A stretch of 64,000 nt of DNA. It comes from a virus (Duplodnaviria > Heunggongvirae > Uroviricota > Caudoviricetes). The notes below the pieces were generated by a model. That model saw nothing but the letters and a program-made list of their open reading frames with translations. It was not told where the DNA came from and ran no database searches. How positions within the stretch are numbered: position 1 is the first letter of the stretch; each line of letters starts with the position of its first letter. A program made the position numbers and the translations under genes. The DNA is taken from positions 24,332-88,331 of IMG/VR virus record IMGVR_UViG_3300042946_000144; one strand, 5' to 3'. Below are positions 1 to 11,200 of the stretch, piece by piece.

Positions 1-2753
1 CCAGGAAGTTTACCTTTTATTTTAAACTCATCACCGTTTTGAGCTTTGAATATCTCTTTACCAAATCTAGCCATTTCTGTTTGTGCTTTTTTGTCTATTT
101 TAACTTTACCCTTAGCAAGAGCATCTGCATCAATTCCATATTCTTCAGCTGTGTCATTTAATGCACTTTGTACAGAAGCAGCTTCCATTTTACTATCAGC
201 TATCTTCTTGAGTTTCATGTTCTTGCCAATTAGATTTGCTTGCAATGCATCCATCTTAAGCTTATCAAACGGTGTGTAAACTTCTATATTATCAAGAGCA
301 TCAACATCTTTGTCCAAAGACTTGCTAATTTTATCTTCTTTTTCAGAAAGACCTTTTACATAGTTTTTGAACTTCTTACCACCAGCTTGAGGAATGTATT
401 GTTTTGGAACCTTGAGGTTACCAAATACCACCATGTTGTTTTCTCCTGTTTCGCTATCTGGAAGTTCAACAGCTGGTTCACCTCTTTCCACTTCAACATC
501 TGTAACATCTTCTATACCATCTCTTCCATATTCCATGTAAGGAGAATAGTCATCCCCACCTCCATATTTAACACCTATTCCTGTTCTTCCTTTTCCATCA
601 CCTTCTTCATGGGAATTACCTCTGAACATTACAGTTTGTCCTGTTCCTGGAAGATATGGGTTTTCTGAAATAGGTTCTGCGTATCCACCCCATGTGGTTT
701 GAAGAGATCCTCCAAAGTTATATTGATCTGTAGGGAACATTTGATTTTGTCTAATGTGACCACCTGTTCTCAATGTATCCATTGTTTCATCAGGTTGAAG
801 AAGATCTTCTACATCATATTCCCCAAACTTTGTAATCACCTGTGGTTGCCAATCGTGAGAAACCCATCCACCATTTTTAACATAGGCAGAATATTGTGAT
901 TGAAGACCTTGTGCCATAGAAGCAGCTGCTGCTTTGTTTACATTTTTTTGTGTCTTTTCTTGTGCAGCTTTGATCTTTCTAGGAGCTTGGTCTAATGCTC
1001 CCCCAATTAATGAACCAGCAAGATTACCAACTGTTCCTCCTACACCTGGAACAATAGCGTTTCCAATAGCTCCTCCAATAGCTCCTCCTGCTTGAGATCC
1101 AGCATTAGCCTGAAAACCTCCACCACCAATTGCTCCACCTAAAGGACCTGCTATTCCAGAGAACGCTCCTAATGTAGAGTTTAGTTGTGACATATCTCCA
1201 CCAGTAGCGTATTGTTTTATGATATCACTTTCACTAAGTGGTTCATATCCAAGGTCTTCATACATGTCCCCAGGATTGTACATGTTCTGTATCTCTGTAA
1301 GATTGCCACCAATCTGCATACCATATTCAGCTTGATCTTGCATTTCATCTTCTGTACAGTTAGCTCCAAAACAACGTCTTTGACGTCTAATACCTTTTCT
1401 TGTTTTTCTTCTATTGTTCCATTCTTCATAAGGATATTTAATATTTTCTTTCCACCAATCTCCAAAACCATCTTCACGCTCTTCTCTAGGTTCTGCCCAT
1501 TGTGTAGGATACCATGCTGTTATAGGAGTTGTATATGATTGCACACCGTATGGATTACTCTCCATATTTGTTAGCTCACTAGGAATGCTGTGTCTCTTCA
1601 TAAAAAGAACACTAGGATTTTTTATAAATGCTTTAGCTGTTGCTCTTGCACTATTAAGATCACTAACCTTTCCAGTTCTTTCATTTTTATATTCATTAGC
1701 TGCCCCATATAATGTTTCATAAAAAGGAGCCATTCGATCATAGGCAGAAGACCCATATTCTTTTAACTTTTCATAAGTTTCATCTGTACCATTCTGAGCT
1801 TTCAGAATAGAACCATTTCTTGCCAAAACATTTGTTCCTACACCGTATGAAGGAAACAATTGCTCTGGCTGAATAATTGTATCTTCTGGTCTTACGTACT
1901 TACGTTTATTATATTCAGGCTTTAGCGTTGCAGCCTGTAATGTGATGTCACTAAGTTTAGCTTGTTGTTCAGCTCTCCTTCTCACTTCTCTCTCATCATA
2001 TAATGCTTGTATTCCACCTATAATTCCTCCAACAACAGGAATAGCACCTGTAAGTCCTGATAAAGATGATCCTTTTGAAGAAGATGATTGTGGTGTTGTA
2101 GAGGGTACTTGTGGTGTAACAGGAGCTGGGGAAGGAGCTGTAATATTGTACGATCCTTCCAAAGGTTGTGTACTGTTGTACATATAAGGATTAACTCCAG
2201 CAGTTGTAACACCTGTCATGGTTCCTGCAGCAGGGCTATTTAATCCAAGTCCTTGTTGTGTACCAACCTGAGCTTTGTTTAATTTCTTACCCTTCTTACT
2301 GATTGGAAGAGGAGCAGCTCCACCAGCACCACCCATCATAGATGCCATTTGACCAATGTTTCCAAGACTAGGCATTCCTCCACCAGCTTTAGAAGACTGT
2401 TGTTTTTGCATCTGAGCTTGTCTCTGTTGTTCAGCTTGTCTTTCAGCTTCTGTAGATCCTGTAAACTGCCTATCGTAAGAATCTCTAAATCCTTGAAAAT
2501 CAATAGGTTGAAAAGGTTGAGATGCAGGAGTTTGGTTTATGATAGACCCTATTTCACTCATGGGTATGATGTTATCAACATCACCTTCAAAGCTTGTAAG
2601 CTGGTTCAGCTTCTTTTGCTGACCACCTTGCTTATACTGCTTCAGATCTTTAGCTTCAGGATGAGCTTTAAAGAATGCAGCCTCTGAAGGATACTTCTTG
2701 TAAAACTCAGCTTCTGTCTTAACTCCTGCTATTTTTAGGAACTTTTTTACCAT
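1..2753 (-). CDS. large Gly-rich virion (ejected/cargo-type) protein; C-terminus runs off the window edge
   Basis: Minus-strand frame starts at ATG 2753 (MVKKFLKIAGVKTEAEFYKKYPSEAAFF...). It stayed open in my manual translation to position 1. Only short low-complexity antisense ORFs occur on the plus strand. Gly-rich tracts (GGAIGGGGFQANAGSQAGGAIGG) and KAQNG motifs are shared with the downstream giant gene. Confidence 0.7.
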   Translation of the reverse strand, partial: MVKKFLKIAGVKTEAEFYKKYPSEAAFFKAHPEAKDLKQYKQGGQQKKLNQLTSFEGDVDNIIPMSEIGSIINQTPASQPFQPIDFQGFRDSYDRQFTGSTEAERQAEQQRQAQMQKQQSSKAGGGMPSLGNIGQMASMMGGAGGAAPLPISKKGKKLNKAQVGTQQGLGLNSPAAGTMTGVTTAGVNPYMYNSTQPLEGSYNITAPSPAPVTPQVPSTTPQSSSSKGSSLSGLTGAIPVVGGIIGGIQALYDEREVRRRAEQQAKLSDITLQAATLKPEYNKRKYVRPEDTIIQPEQLFPSYGVGTNVLARNGSILKAQNGTDETYEKLKEYGSSAYDRMAPFYETLYGAANEYKNERTGKVSDLNSARATAKAFIKNPSVLFMKRHSIPSELTNMESNPYGVQSYTTPITAWYPTQWAEPREEREDGFGDWWKENIKYPYEEWNNRRKTRKGIRRQRRCFGANCTEDEMQDQAEYGMQIGGNLTEIQNMYNPGDMYEDLGYEPLSESDIIKQYATGGDMSQLNSTLGAFSGIAGPLGGAIGGGGFQANAGSQAGGAIGGAIGNAIVPGVGGTVGNLAGSLIGGALDQAPRKIKAAQEKTQKNVNKAAAASMAQGLQSQYSAYVKNGGWVSHDWQPQVITKFGEYDVEDLLQPDETMDTLRTGGHIRQNQMFPTDQYNFGGSLQTTWGGYAEPISENPYLPGTGQTVMFRGNSHEEGDGKGRTGIGVKYGGGDDYSPYMEYGRDGIEDVTDVEVERGEPAVELPDSETGENNMVVFGNLKVPKQYIPQAGGKKFKNYVKGLSEKEDKISKSLDKDVDALDNIEVYTPFDKLKMDALQANLIGKNMKLKKIADSKMEAASVQSALNDTAEEYGIDADALAKGKVKIDKKAQTEMARFGKEIFKAQNGDEFKIKGKLP

Positions 2754-2780
2754 TTTGGGTAAGTTTTAGAATAAAATTAA

Positions 2781-5700
2781 TTACTTATATTGGTCTAACC
2801 AAGACTGAGGTGCTTTTTGGTTAACCATTTTGGTTTGTTTTGTATTACTATATTGACCACCTTTTTCAAACTTTACATAATCTTTACCAAACTTCTGACC
2901 TACATACTTCTGAAGTGCTTCTTGATTTTCTAATAATGCTTTATCAGGACTGTTTAATGCATCATGTTTGTAAGTGGTAAACTTTCCTTTGTTCATAACA
3001 CCAATCAAACTGTTTCCTGGACCATATACAGGATCTCCTCCAGGAACTCCTGGACTATAAGACATTTCCACTTTGGAGGCAACTGCAGCAGGTGTTTGTG
3101 TTATTTTAGAAGAAGTTTGCTGAGACTGATTATCAAGTAGAACAGATTCTGGAGTTATAGATTTTTTAGTTACCTTAGGTTCTGGTTTTTTCTTTTCTAC
3201 AGGTGTAGATTTAGTTGTTTTCTTAGACCCATATTTCTTTTCCCACTCAGCCTTTTCCTTAGGTGTTCTCATATTATACGGCTTTATGGCAAGTGGATCA
3301 TAATCATACACAACAACATTACCTCCAGGATATCCGCTTCCTACAGGACTATATGAAATTTTTGATTGTGGTTTTATACGCTCATCATACAATGCAAATG
3401 GAGAAGCTAAGTTTTGCATAGGGGTTATCAAATCTCTGTAGTAAGCTTGATGATTGTTTTTATGTTGACTTTTCTTCAATCCTCTTTCTTCTAATAGTTG
3501 AAGTTGTGGTGGAAGTAAGTTAAAGTATTTATAATAAAAATCATCGTACATACCTTTATTAAAACGATTTCTTCTTTCAGTTTCACCTCTATAAAATTTT
3601 AAATTTTCATCATTCAGTTCTGAAGCTTTAGCTAAAGCAAATTTATCTTTAACAGCATCTTTTTTAATTCTACCCTTTTTCATCTCATCCTCATAAAACT
3701 TATTTAAAGCAATTTGAGCATTGAATAAGTTTAAGCTATCTGTTGTTGTTGGAACATTAAGTCCCTTTTGAGCCTTAGTTACTCCTCCGTACATCTGATT
3801 AGTGGGTGTTTGGTCAAGTGGGAAATATCCTTCATCAACATATCTTTGATAATTAGAAACACCCCCTGGCATTTTGTTATACACATCTAATACATCTGTA
3901 GCACTAATCTTAGTTTGTTTAGGGAACTGTTTTCTGTAGAAACGCATAAAAGGATCTACGTTTCTAGTATCTGTGTTTCTTAAAAACTCCCCTGTCTCAG
4001 GATTAAAGTATTGTCCATATCTCTCAGGTTGACTAAACTGCACACTTGTTCTACCAGCATCTCTGTTAGCAGCAACAAGCATGTTAAAATCAAGACCTGG
4101 GTATTTATCTTTAATTAATTTAAACTGTTCTTTTAAAGCTTTCTTATCTTCTTTATCAAGACGAGTAATATCTTGCCATTCAGTCAGTTGCTCAGGACCT
4201 TTTTCTTTAGCTAGTTTTCTCAACTCTCTTGCTGCCTCAGCGTTCATTGCAGCATCATGCTTAGTTCTTCCACAAGATCTACGAACTTCTTTATTAGTTG
4301 ATCCAGTAGGACCAAGGTCCATATACTCAAGGCCGTTTTGAGCTTTAGTCAATCCTCCATTTCTTTGTTGTGGAGTTTCGCCATCTTCCTCCATAAGGGC
4401 TTCTGCACCAATACCAACTCCTGCAGCAGCTGGAAGTTTATTAAACAAGTTAGATAGACCAGACATTTGATCCTTGCTCGAAGGGTTTGCAAAACTTGAT
4501 ATTCTATCTTTTGGATTTTCTTTTACAAACCTACTCATTAAGTCTGGATCAATAGGATCATATATATTTTTTATATACCCCTTTTCCAACATAGTCTGTC
4601 TTGTCTCTCTCATATGAGGTATAGCCTCGTTTAATTTAGGTCCATTTGCTTTTGCAAAATACTCAATTGACGATTTACCATATTCTGGAAGAGAATTGTA
4701 TCCTGGATAATTTTTCAGATTAGATGGTGTATAATTATTTGGACTCAATCCAAATATTTGTCTTGCTTCAGAACTAGACACCCCTCCTCTATTACCAACC
4801 ATGTTCTCTAACCAATGTCCAAGTTCATGTTCATATATAGCTTCTGGAGACATCTCCATACCATATTGTTTAGCAATGTTTACATCACTAGGATCTATAT
4901 TTATTCTATTATTATACGGATCATAATGAGATCCAGAACTTTTTGTTTTTTGTTTAGTAAACCTTGCTCCAGGGAAAGTACTAATTTCTGGTAAGTTTAA
5001 ATACTTTTCAGGATTTTCTGAAAACTCTTCAAACGTAGGTTCAGACAAAAGTTTTTTAGTATACTTTGTATTATATAAACGTTTCAAAGCTTCTGGATCC
5101 TTAATTCTATCAAATAGTCCAGAGTGATATTTTTTTATGTCTTTGATTTGTTTGGCATACTTGATTGGATGATATAATTCATAAGCAGCATTTCCAACAT
5201 CTAGTCCAAAAGCCTGTACAGGTTCTTTTACTATTTTTTCAAAAGATTTTGATAACTGATTTTTTAATCCAGGAATTTTCATAGCACTTCCTAAAGGATC
5301 AAATCCAAAAGCTCCTTCAATAAGAGGAGAAGCAACAGCTGATAGATAGGGCATAACAGAACCTGACTGTTGAGCTTCATATGGAGCTGTTCCTAATCCA
5401 CCTGCAGCACCTGTAATCCAGTTAATAGGGTTTGCAAAGTCATCATACCAAGCTTCTTCATCTTGATTAAATCTACCTCTTTGTTCGAGAGCTTTACCAG
5501 AGACATACAGTTTTTCTGTAGCACTCATGTCATCATACTTCTTTGTTTCTCCTGAAGGTAGCTTAAAGGCAGATCCTTTATCTTTAGCAGCAACAGCAGA
5601 TTTTCTTTCAGACACTCTTCTTTTTTCTTCTTCCTTCTCAAACTTTTTATACTTTCCCATATCTGAAGTAGCAGCAGCAACATCTTTTTTGCTTTGTCCA

Positions 5701-7337
5701 GTTGTAGCTGTACTAACCATTCTTTTTGTAATAGGATCAAACACCATTCTACTTGTAGATTCAGAAGCTGCTCTAGGTGCTTTAAAGTCCGTTACTCCTG
5801 GTATATTTAAACCAGTTTGAGCCATAGGAATTATAGAACCATCTTCACTGATTGTCTTAGGGTTCCAATCTAGTCCATGTTGGTAGTAGGACATTGAGCC
5901 ACCATTCTCTTGTTTAAGAACATTTTTATCAATCAAGTGTCTAGTCAAATTTCCATAAAACTCATCCATGGAAGTGTCTCTTTCAGTAGTGCTATGATCT
6001 TTTATAAATTTAGCAGTGAGTTTACCTTGATCTACTTTTCTTTTATCACTTGGTGATAGTTCTTCTGTATACCAAACTTGACTAGGATCTTTTACTTGAG
6101 TTATTTGCCAAGCAGGTCCTGTAGTAGTTACCATAGGAGCTTCTTTCTGCAAATGATCATAATAGTAAGAATCATATCCATCGTCTCCTCTATTTACACT
6201 ATACCAATCTTTATAGTCTTGGTTCATGTAATTTAGATAGTTCTTAACATAATTTCCATTCTGTGCACTGGGCATTGTCTTCTTTGCATAAGGACCTTCT
6301 GAAGGAGCAGGACTATTCGTACGTGCGTACATGAATCCTACAGAACCAGGAAGAGATGCTCCGTTCATAGCTGTTAGCACTGACTCAGAACTAATTCCTC
6401 CAGGTACACCATCATACAATTTTCCTTGGTTTAATAAGTTTTCAGAAACATTAGCCTCAGGGCTGGTGTAATTGGAAACTATAGAATCACCATATATTGG
6501 AGTTGCGTTCTGTTCTGGTGAGGTTGTAGGAATTGTGTTTCTGAAAAATCCCCCCATAGCAGTTGTTCTTCCAAACCCTGGTATACTAAGTTTGTTTTGA
6601 AAGTAGTCAAAGTTATTGAAGTCATTTTCAAAACTAGGAGGAATCATATTACCACCAAATAAACCACCAGAATTAGTATTTACATCTTCTGAGTTGTCAT
6701 CTATTTCATTCTTTTTCTTCTCACCTCTTTTTAGCAATCTCTCAGCTCTTCTCTCAGCTCTTCTTTCTTTTCTTTCATCACCTTTTCCCACTCCTAAAAA
6801 ATCACCAATACCACCAATCAATCTACCAACACCACCTTGTTGTCCTGAATAACTAGAGTCACATATATTCTTTGGGCAACTAAATCCTCTTTGAGCTTTT
6901 GTAACTTTTCCACCAATATCAAATTGTCCACCCCATGCTCCGTTGTAATTAAATCCTTGATCGGTTAAACCACCCATTGTTCCCTCTATACCATTCTCAG
7001 CTTTAGGGTTGTATTTATCAAGCCATCCTCCTTTTTTGAAATCTTCAGGTTGCTCAAGATCAGGCTGGAGTCTATAATCACTTGTAAGTTCTTCTCCTTT
7101 CTTAATAGGTTTAATTGCAACCAGGTGTCTTTCATTTCCAACAAGAACGTTTTGAACATTTGGATTGTTACTATGATTGTGATTCCTTCCAAGATCTGTA
7201 AAGTCGTAATCTGTATAAAGTTGATTGATTGTATGAACCTTACCTATAGGATCTCCAGGAGCAAGATTTTTCTTAGAGAAAACCCCTTTGCCTTCAATCT
7301 TACTTTTACCAACTCGATAGTTTTTGTTCTTTGCCAT
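2781..7337 (-). CDS. 1518-aa polyvalent virion protein: N-terminal SET-domain (protein-lysine methyltransferase-like) plus internal HExxH zincin motif
   Basis: The N-terminus carries three SET signatures: GKGVFS (GxG), RNHNHSNNPN (NHSxxPN-like) and EELTSDY (ELxFDY-like). YEHELGHWLEN (HExxH) lies at about 4812..4829. Gly-rich linkers are present. A GG(K)[VL]TKAQ[RNK]G motif repeats three times. Confidence 0.75.
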   Translation of the reverse strand: MAKNKNYRVGKSKIEGKGVFSKKNLAPGDPIGKVHTINQLYTDYDFTDLGRNHNHSNNPNVQNVLVGNERHLVAIKPIKKGEELTSDYRLQPDLEQPEDFKKGGWLDKYNPKAENGIEGTMGGLTDQGFNYNGAWGGQFDIGGKVTKAQRGFSCPKNICDSSYSGQQGGVGRLIGGIGDFLGVGKGDERKERRAERRAERLLKRGEKKKNEIDDNSEDVNTNSGGLFGGNMIPPSFENDFNNFDYFQNKLSIPGFGRTTAMGGFFRNTIPTTSPEQNATPIYGDSIVSNYTSPEANVSENLLNQGKLYDGVPGGISSESVLTAMNGASLPGSVGFMYARTNSPAPSEGPYAKKTMPSAQNGNYVKNYLNYMNQDYKDWYSVNRGDDGYDSYYYDHLQKEAPMVTTTGPAWQITQVKDPSQVWYTEELSPSDKRKVDQGKLTAKFIKDHSTTERDTSMDEFYGNLTRHLIDKNVLKQENGGSMSYYQHGLDWNPKTISEDGSIIPMAQTGLNIPGVTDFKAPRAASESTSRMVFDPITKRMVSTATTGQSKKDVAAATSDMGKYKKFEKEEEKRRVSERKSAVAAKDKGSAFKLPSGETKKYDDMSATEKLYVSGKALEQRGRFNQDEEAWYDDFANPINWITGAAGGLGTAPYEAQQSGSVMPYLSAVASPLIEGAFGFDPLGSAMKIPGLKNQLSKSFEKIVKEPVQAFGLDVGNAAYELYHPIKYAKQIKDIKKYHSGLFDRIKDPEALKRLYNTKYTKKLLSEPTFEEFSENPEKYLNLPEISTFPGARFTKQKTKSSGSHYDPYNNRINIDPSDVNIAKQYGMEMSPEAIYEHELGHWLENMVGNRGGVSSSEARQIFGLSPNNYTPSNLKNYPGYNSLPEYGKSSIEYFAKANGPKLNEAIPHMRETRQTMLEKGYIKNIYDPIDPDLMSRFVKENPKDRISSFANPSSKDQMSGLSNLFNKLPAAAGVGIGAEALMEEDGETPQQRNGGLTKAQNGLEYMDLGPTGSTNKEVRRSCGRTKHDAAMNAEAARELRKLAKEKGPEQLTEWQDITRLDKEDKKALKEQFKLIKDKYPGLDFNMLVAANRDAGRTSVQFSQPERYGQYFNPETGEFLRNTDTRNVDPFMRFYRKQFPKQTKISATDVLDVYNKMPGGVSNYQRYVDEGYFPLDQTPTNQMYGGVTKAQKGLNVPTTTDSLNLFNAQIALNKFYEDEMKKGRIKKDAVKDKFALAKASELNDENLKFYRGETERRNRFNKGMYDDFYYKYFNLLPPQLQLLEERGLKKSQHKNNHQAYYRDLITPMQNLASPFALYDERIKPQSKISYSPVGSGYPGGNVVVYDYDPLAIKPYNMRTPKEKAEWEKKYGSKKTTKSTPVEKKKPEPKVTKKSITPESVLLDNQSQQTSSKITQTPAAVASKVEMSYSPGVPGGDPVYGPGNSLIGVMNKGKFTTYKHDALNSPDKALLENQEALQKYVGQKFGKDYVKFEKGGQYSNTKQTKMVNQKAPQSWLDQYK

Positions 7338-8206
7338 TATTTATAGGAGATTTGACTAGGTGTAACAATGAATTGAGAAACAAGATGAGCATCTGAGCGG
7401 TTATCAAGAATATGTCTCACCTTGAGATCTTTTGCTCTTAGAGGTTCCTTCTTAAAGGATCTCTTGCTGTAGTCCATATTAGATTGGTTTACCACTTTAT
7501 CCACAGATAAATTTTCGCACGAATTTACAAAAAGAGGAACTGATTTGTTTCTTACAAGGGACCAAAATGTATTGTATTGATAGAAGTTATCACTCTTTGT
7601 ATACGTAATCACTTTACTATCAGCGTTATATACAGGATACTTCATGTATTCCTTTAGGTTATGTTTTGGTTTTGGAGCTAGTTCAAGAACTCCTGTAGAC
7701 TGCTGTCCGTTATATAGAACAGCTTTGTTAAACCAAACATCATCCACCTCTATCTTATTAGGTTCTTCTGCAAATACCTGTGTACCATTTATGTATTTAT
7801 ATGTCTTTGTATAGTCTTTTACATTCTGTAAAATCTCATCCATATACTGGTATGCAAATGGATATTCTATTACATACGGTTGTGTAGTTCCGTAGAAGGT
7901 GTTGTATATCTCTGGGTTCCTTAAATGAGACCAGATGCATCCTGTATTTATTTCCTCATAAACAATAGCCGCTATCTGGTTCAAAGGAGTTTCAACAATC
8001 TTCAATCGTTGAACAATATTACAACTATCCTTTGACTTTATTACAACAAGAACAGCATTGTCTGAAACATTTATAGATCTTCCAGATATAAGATTGTCTT
8101 TTGTAATATTGTCTGCTAATACATTTCCAATATTATCCTCAATGACAAATGGTCCAACAGATTTTCTGCTGGACTTTGTCAATTTTATGAGTATTGATTT
8201 AGACAT
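7337..8206 (-). CDS. hypothetical virion protein (289 aa)
   Basis: ORF in the structural operon; ATGA overlap with the downstream gene start. Confidence 0.55.
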   Translation of the reverse strand: MSKSILIKLTKSSRKSVGPFVIEDNIGNVLADNITKDNLISGRSINVSDNAVLVVIKSKDSCNIVQRLKIVETPLNQIAAIVYEEINTGCIWSHLRNPEIYNTFYGTTQPYVIEYPFAYQYMDEILQNVKDYTKTYKYINGTQVFAEEPNKIEVDDVWFNKAVLYNGQQSTGVLELAPKPKHNLKEYMKYPVYNADSKVITYTKSDNFYQYNTFWSLVRNKSVPLFVNSCENLSVDKVVNQSNMDYSKRSFKKEPLRAKDLKVRHILDNRSDAHLVSQFIVTPSQISYK

Positions 8207-8218
8207 TCTTTGTTATAT

Positions 8219-11200
8219 TTAACTTGTACAGAGTAGGATATCAATAATTAGTCCAGATCCATTACACTCATACACGTACGATCCATTTGAATAGAATCCA
8301 CTAACTGATACAGGAACAGTTAATGTTAGGTCTGTATAAATTATACAACCTAGTGACAAAGGAATACATGCTGGGTTTACGTAGTAAGCTATTTGAGATG
8401 CTGTACATGCTATTACATCAGTTGCACCATACCCCAAGAATATTCTTGTTCCGAATATAGTGGTTGATGTTGTTGTGGTTGTATAGTTAGAGCATGTAGA
8501 TATTTCAGTGATCACTCCTCCAACAACATGGAATACAGTTCCTATTAATGTTATGTCGTTAACAAAATACCAACCATCACCTATTGTATCACAATTAGTA
8601 ACTCCAACTCCTCCAAGATATACATTGCTTCCCACAGTTAATTGTGGAATAGACACTACAAATATTTGTGGAGTTGCACCACTTTCAAATACTGCTCCAA
8701 CAGCTGTACATGCATCATTGAAAGTTAAGCTTGATATAATTGATGGTCCTGTTGTAGGAGAATATCCATAAACAAAAGAATATACTTGCAAGTTTGTAGG
8801 TCTTTGACAAGGTGGAGGGATAGGTGGTTCTGTTATGTAAGCAACCCCTTCGATTGTACAGCCAATGATTTCAGCTGTTCCTGCAATTGTACAATTAAGA
8901 ACTGTTGTAGTGGTAGTTGTTGTACCAGGTCTTTCTGTAGAAGTGGTAGTAGTTGTTTCCTCAGGAGGAGTTACGACTGTTGCTAACACTTCAAAAACAG
9001 AATCATCACAGCATGAATTAATTCCAGAATAGAAGAAGTTGTTCTCAGCTATATACCAGTTAGGGATGTAACTGTGGAAACTAATCCAACTTTTTGAGTT
9101 GATTCCATAAGAAAGAGTCCAAGATTTATTACAGAAGTATTCAGGATTTGTAACATCCACTACCTCTCTAATTGTAAATTCACCATTTCCTATAGATCTA
9201 TCTATATAAAACTCTCTATTTACACTATCGTATTTTACATTCTTTTCAGGGAATGGAACATAGTCAAGTTTTGTTATAATCACTCTATCATACTTACTAT
9301 CATAGGTTCCGTGTAAACCTATTCCATTTAGATGATTGTCTATATTTACCTCAGGGAAATGTTTCAGTATTTTAAATGCTAGGTGTTCTACAAAGAATCT
9401 ATTCATACCAGAACCAAAAGCTGAAATGTCAATAGCTTGTGTTCCAGATATAATAAACACTTGTCCACGTTTAGCATCAACTGTAACCTGTCCTTGAGGA
9501 ATTTTCAGGAGCATTTTGTTCTGACTTCCTACATAACCAAGATCTGTTTCTGCAAAGTCAATAGGAGGTGCAGATGAAAACAACTTATTGTTTCCAATAT
9601 AAGCAGCCTGAGGGTTACTTGTATCAATTGTCAATAAGTTATTGTAAAGCAATGTCTTATTCTCAAATCTTGCAAGAATTGCCTTATTTTGAATACCATC
9701 CAAAGAAGTGAGTTTTCCGTAGTTCTGAGGGAAATCAAAATATGAAACAGGACGGTATATTAACCATTCTTCACTATCTGAATAGATTGCTCTGAATGGG
9801 AAATTTGTAAAACAAAGCTTATCTTCCCAATCTACAGGAAGGTGCGTGAATGCATTTTCTTTATTCTGCTTAGAGAACGTAACATTATAATAGTATGTAT
9901 TGTCCTGAGCAATTGTTACATTGTTTTCCTGTAACCAATCATCAGGAATATCTGTACTAACATGTGGCCAGAAGTCACCTTCTTTATTATTGAATGCCTG
10001 ACGAAGATCTGTATTTATAGAAGTTTCACAATAGAATGATGGAATTCCATAAGCAAACAAATAGAAATATCCATCGTAGAACATTCTATTTGGATTGTTA
10101 TTAGTTACTCCCTGTGAATTAGGACAGTCAAAGTTATGTGCCTTATATGAAATAAGATTTGGCATAACAGATGATACATCATTTCCATTGTTATAATTCA
10201 AGATGTAATCCTTTGTAACAGACCTTGCAGAGTGCCAGTATTTAGGATAGGCAACATTACCAATCTCATCATAGAAAATGTCTGAATCATCGGGAGCGTT
10301 TACACGGTTATCTATGAAGAAAGGAATCTTCACCTTAAATGCAAACTTACTAATGAATGTATCTCCTCCAAATACGGTGCTTGGGAGGTTTTGTGTTTTG
10401 GTCAATAGTCTTTGGAAACCTGTATCGATTGTTTCATAAGAATAAATCTGACCCCACTGATTTACAAATATGTTCTTGAGAGAAGCATAATAGGAAAGAA
10501 CATCAATCTTATCCTGTCTTGCAGGAACATCACATGCAGACCTTTCAGATATTGTATATCTAGACTTATCAGAAACAATAGGTATTCCTGTTGGACTGAT
10601 AGAAGGTTGTGTGTATGGATAACCTAAAGGAGGAACTGGAATGTTTGCTGAATAGTATTTTAAATCACTTTCCGTGATTATTGTTGAAACATATGGTAGT
10701 ATATCTAACGGAGTTGTTGTAGAATCAAAAGTTTCACACTTTCCTGCTCTGATTACTATAGATGCTGTTTGTAATGTTGTAGGATCAGTGTATGAAAATA
10801 AAGCAAATGGAGGAAAAAATCCAGAAGGAGATTCCGTATTGCATATCTCATATGTTCTATAAGGAATTGTAAAATCCCTAACATCATCTGTAGTTTTTAT
10901 ATATACAGAAGATTCTCTGTTAAAGTTGTTAATAGGATTGTCATCACCAACAGCTTGAACTCCAGGAATTAGGTATTGAGCAATGTCAATAGGTCTTTGT
11001 TTAATTCCTGCATTATCTTTTATTTCTCCAGAATAGTTATAAGAAGCAATTGAGTTAAATGAGTATGCAAAGTTTCTTCTTGATATTCCATTTAAGTAGA
11101 TTGCTAGATATGCTTGATATGCTGCGAAGAATACAGCAATATTAAAAGGATCTGTTTCCGAGGCTAGTCTATCGGATGAATCTAGAGCATCTCTTTGAGC

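Noticed and set aside
46-2687. Plus-strand ORFs (77-142 aa) across the first 2.7 kb
   Set aside because: Low-complexity translations antisense to a continuous minus-strand open frame that translates into a coherent Gly-rich protein; treated as shadow ORFs.
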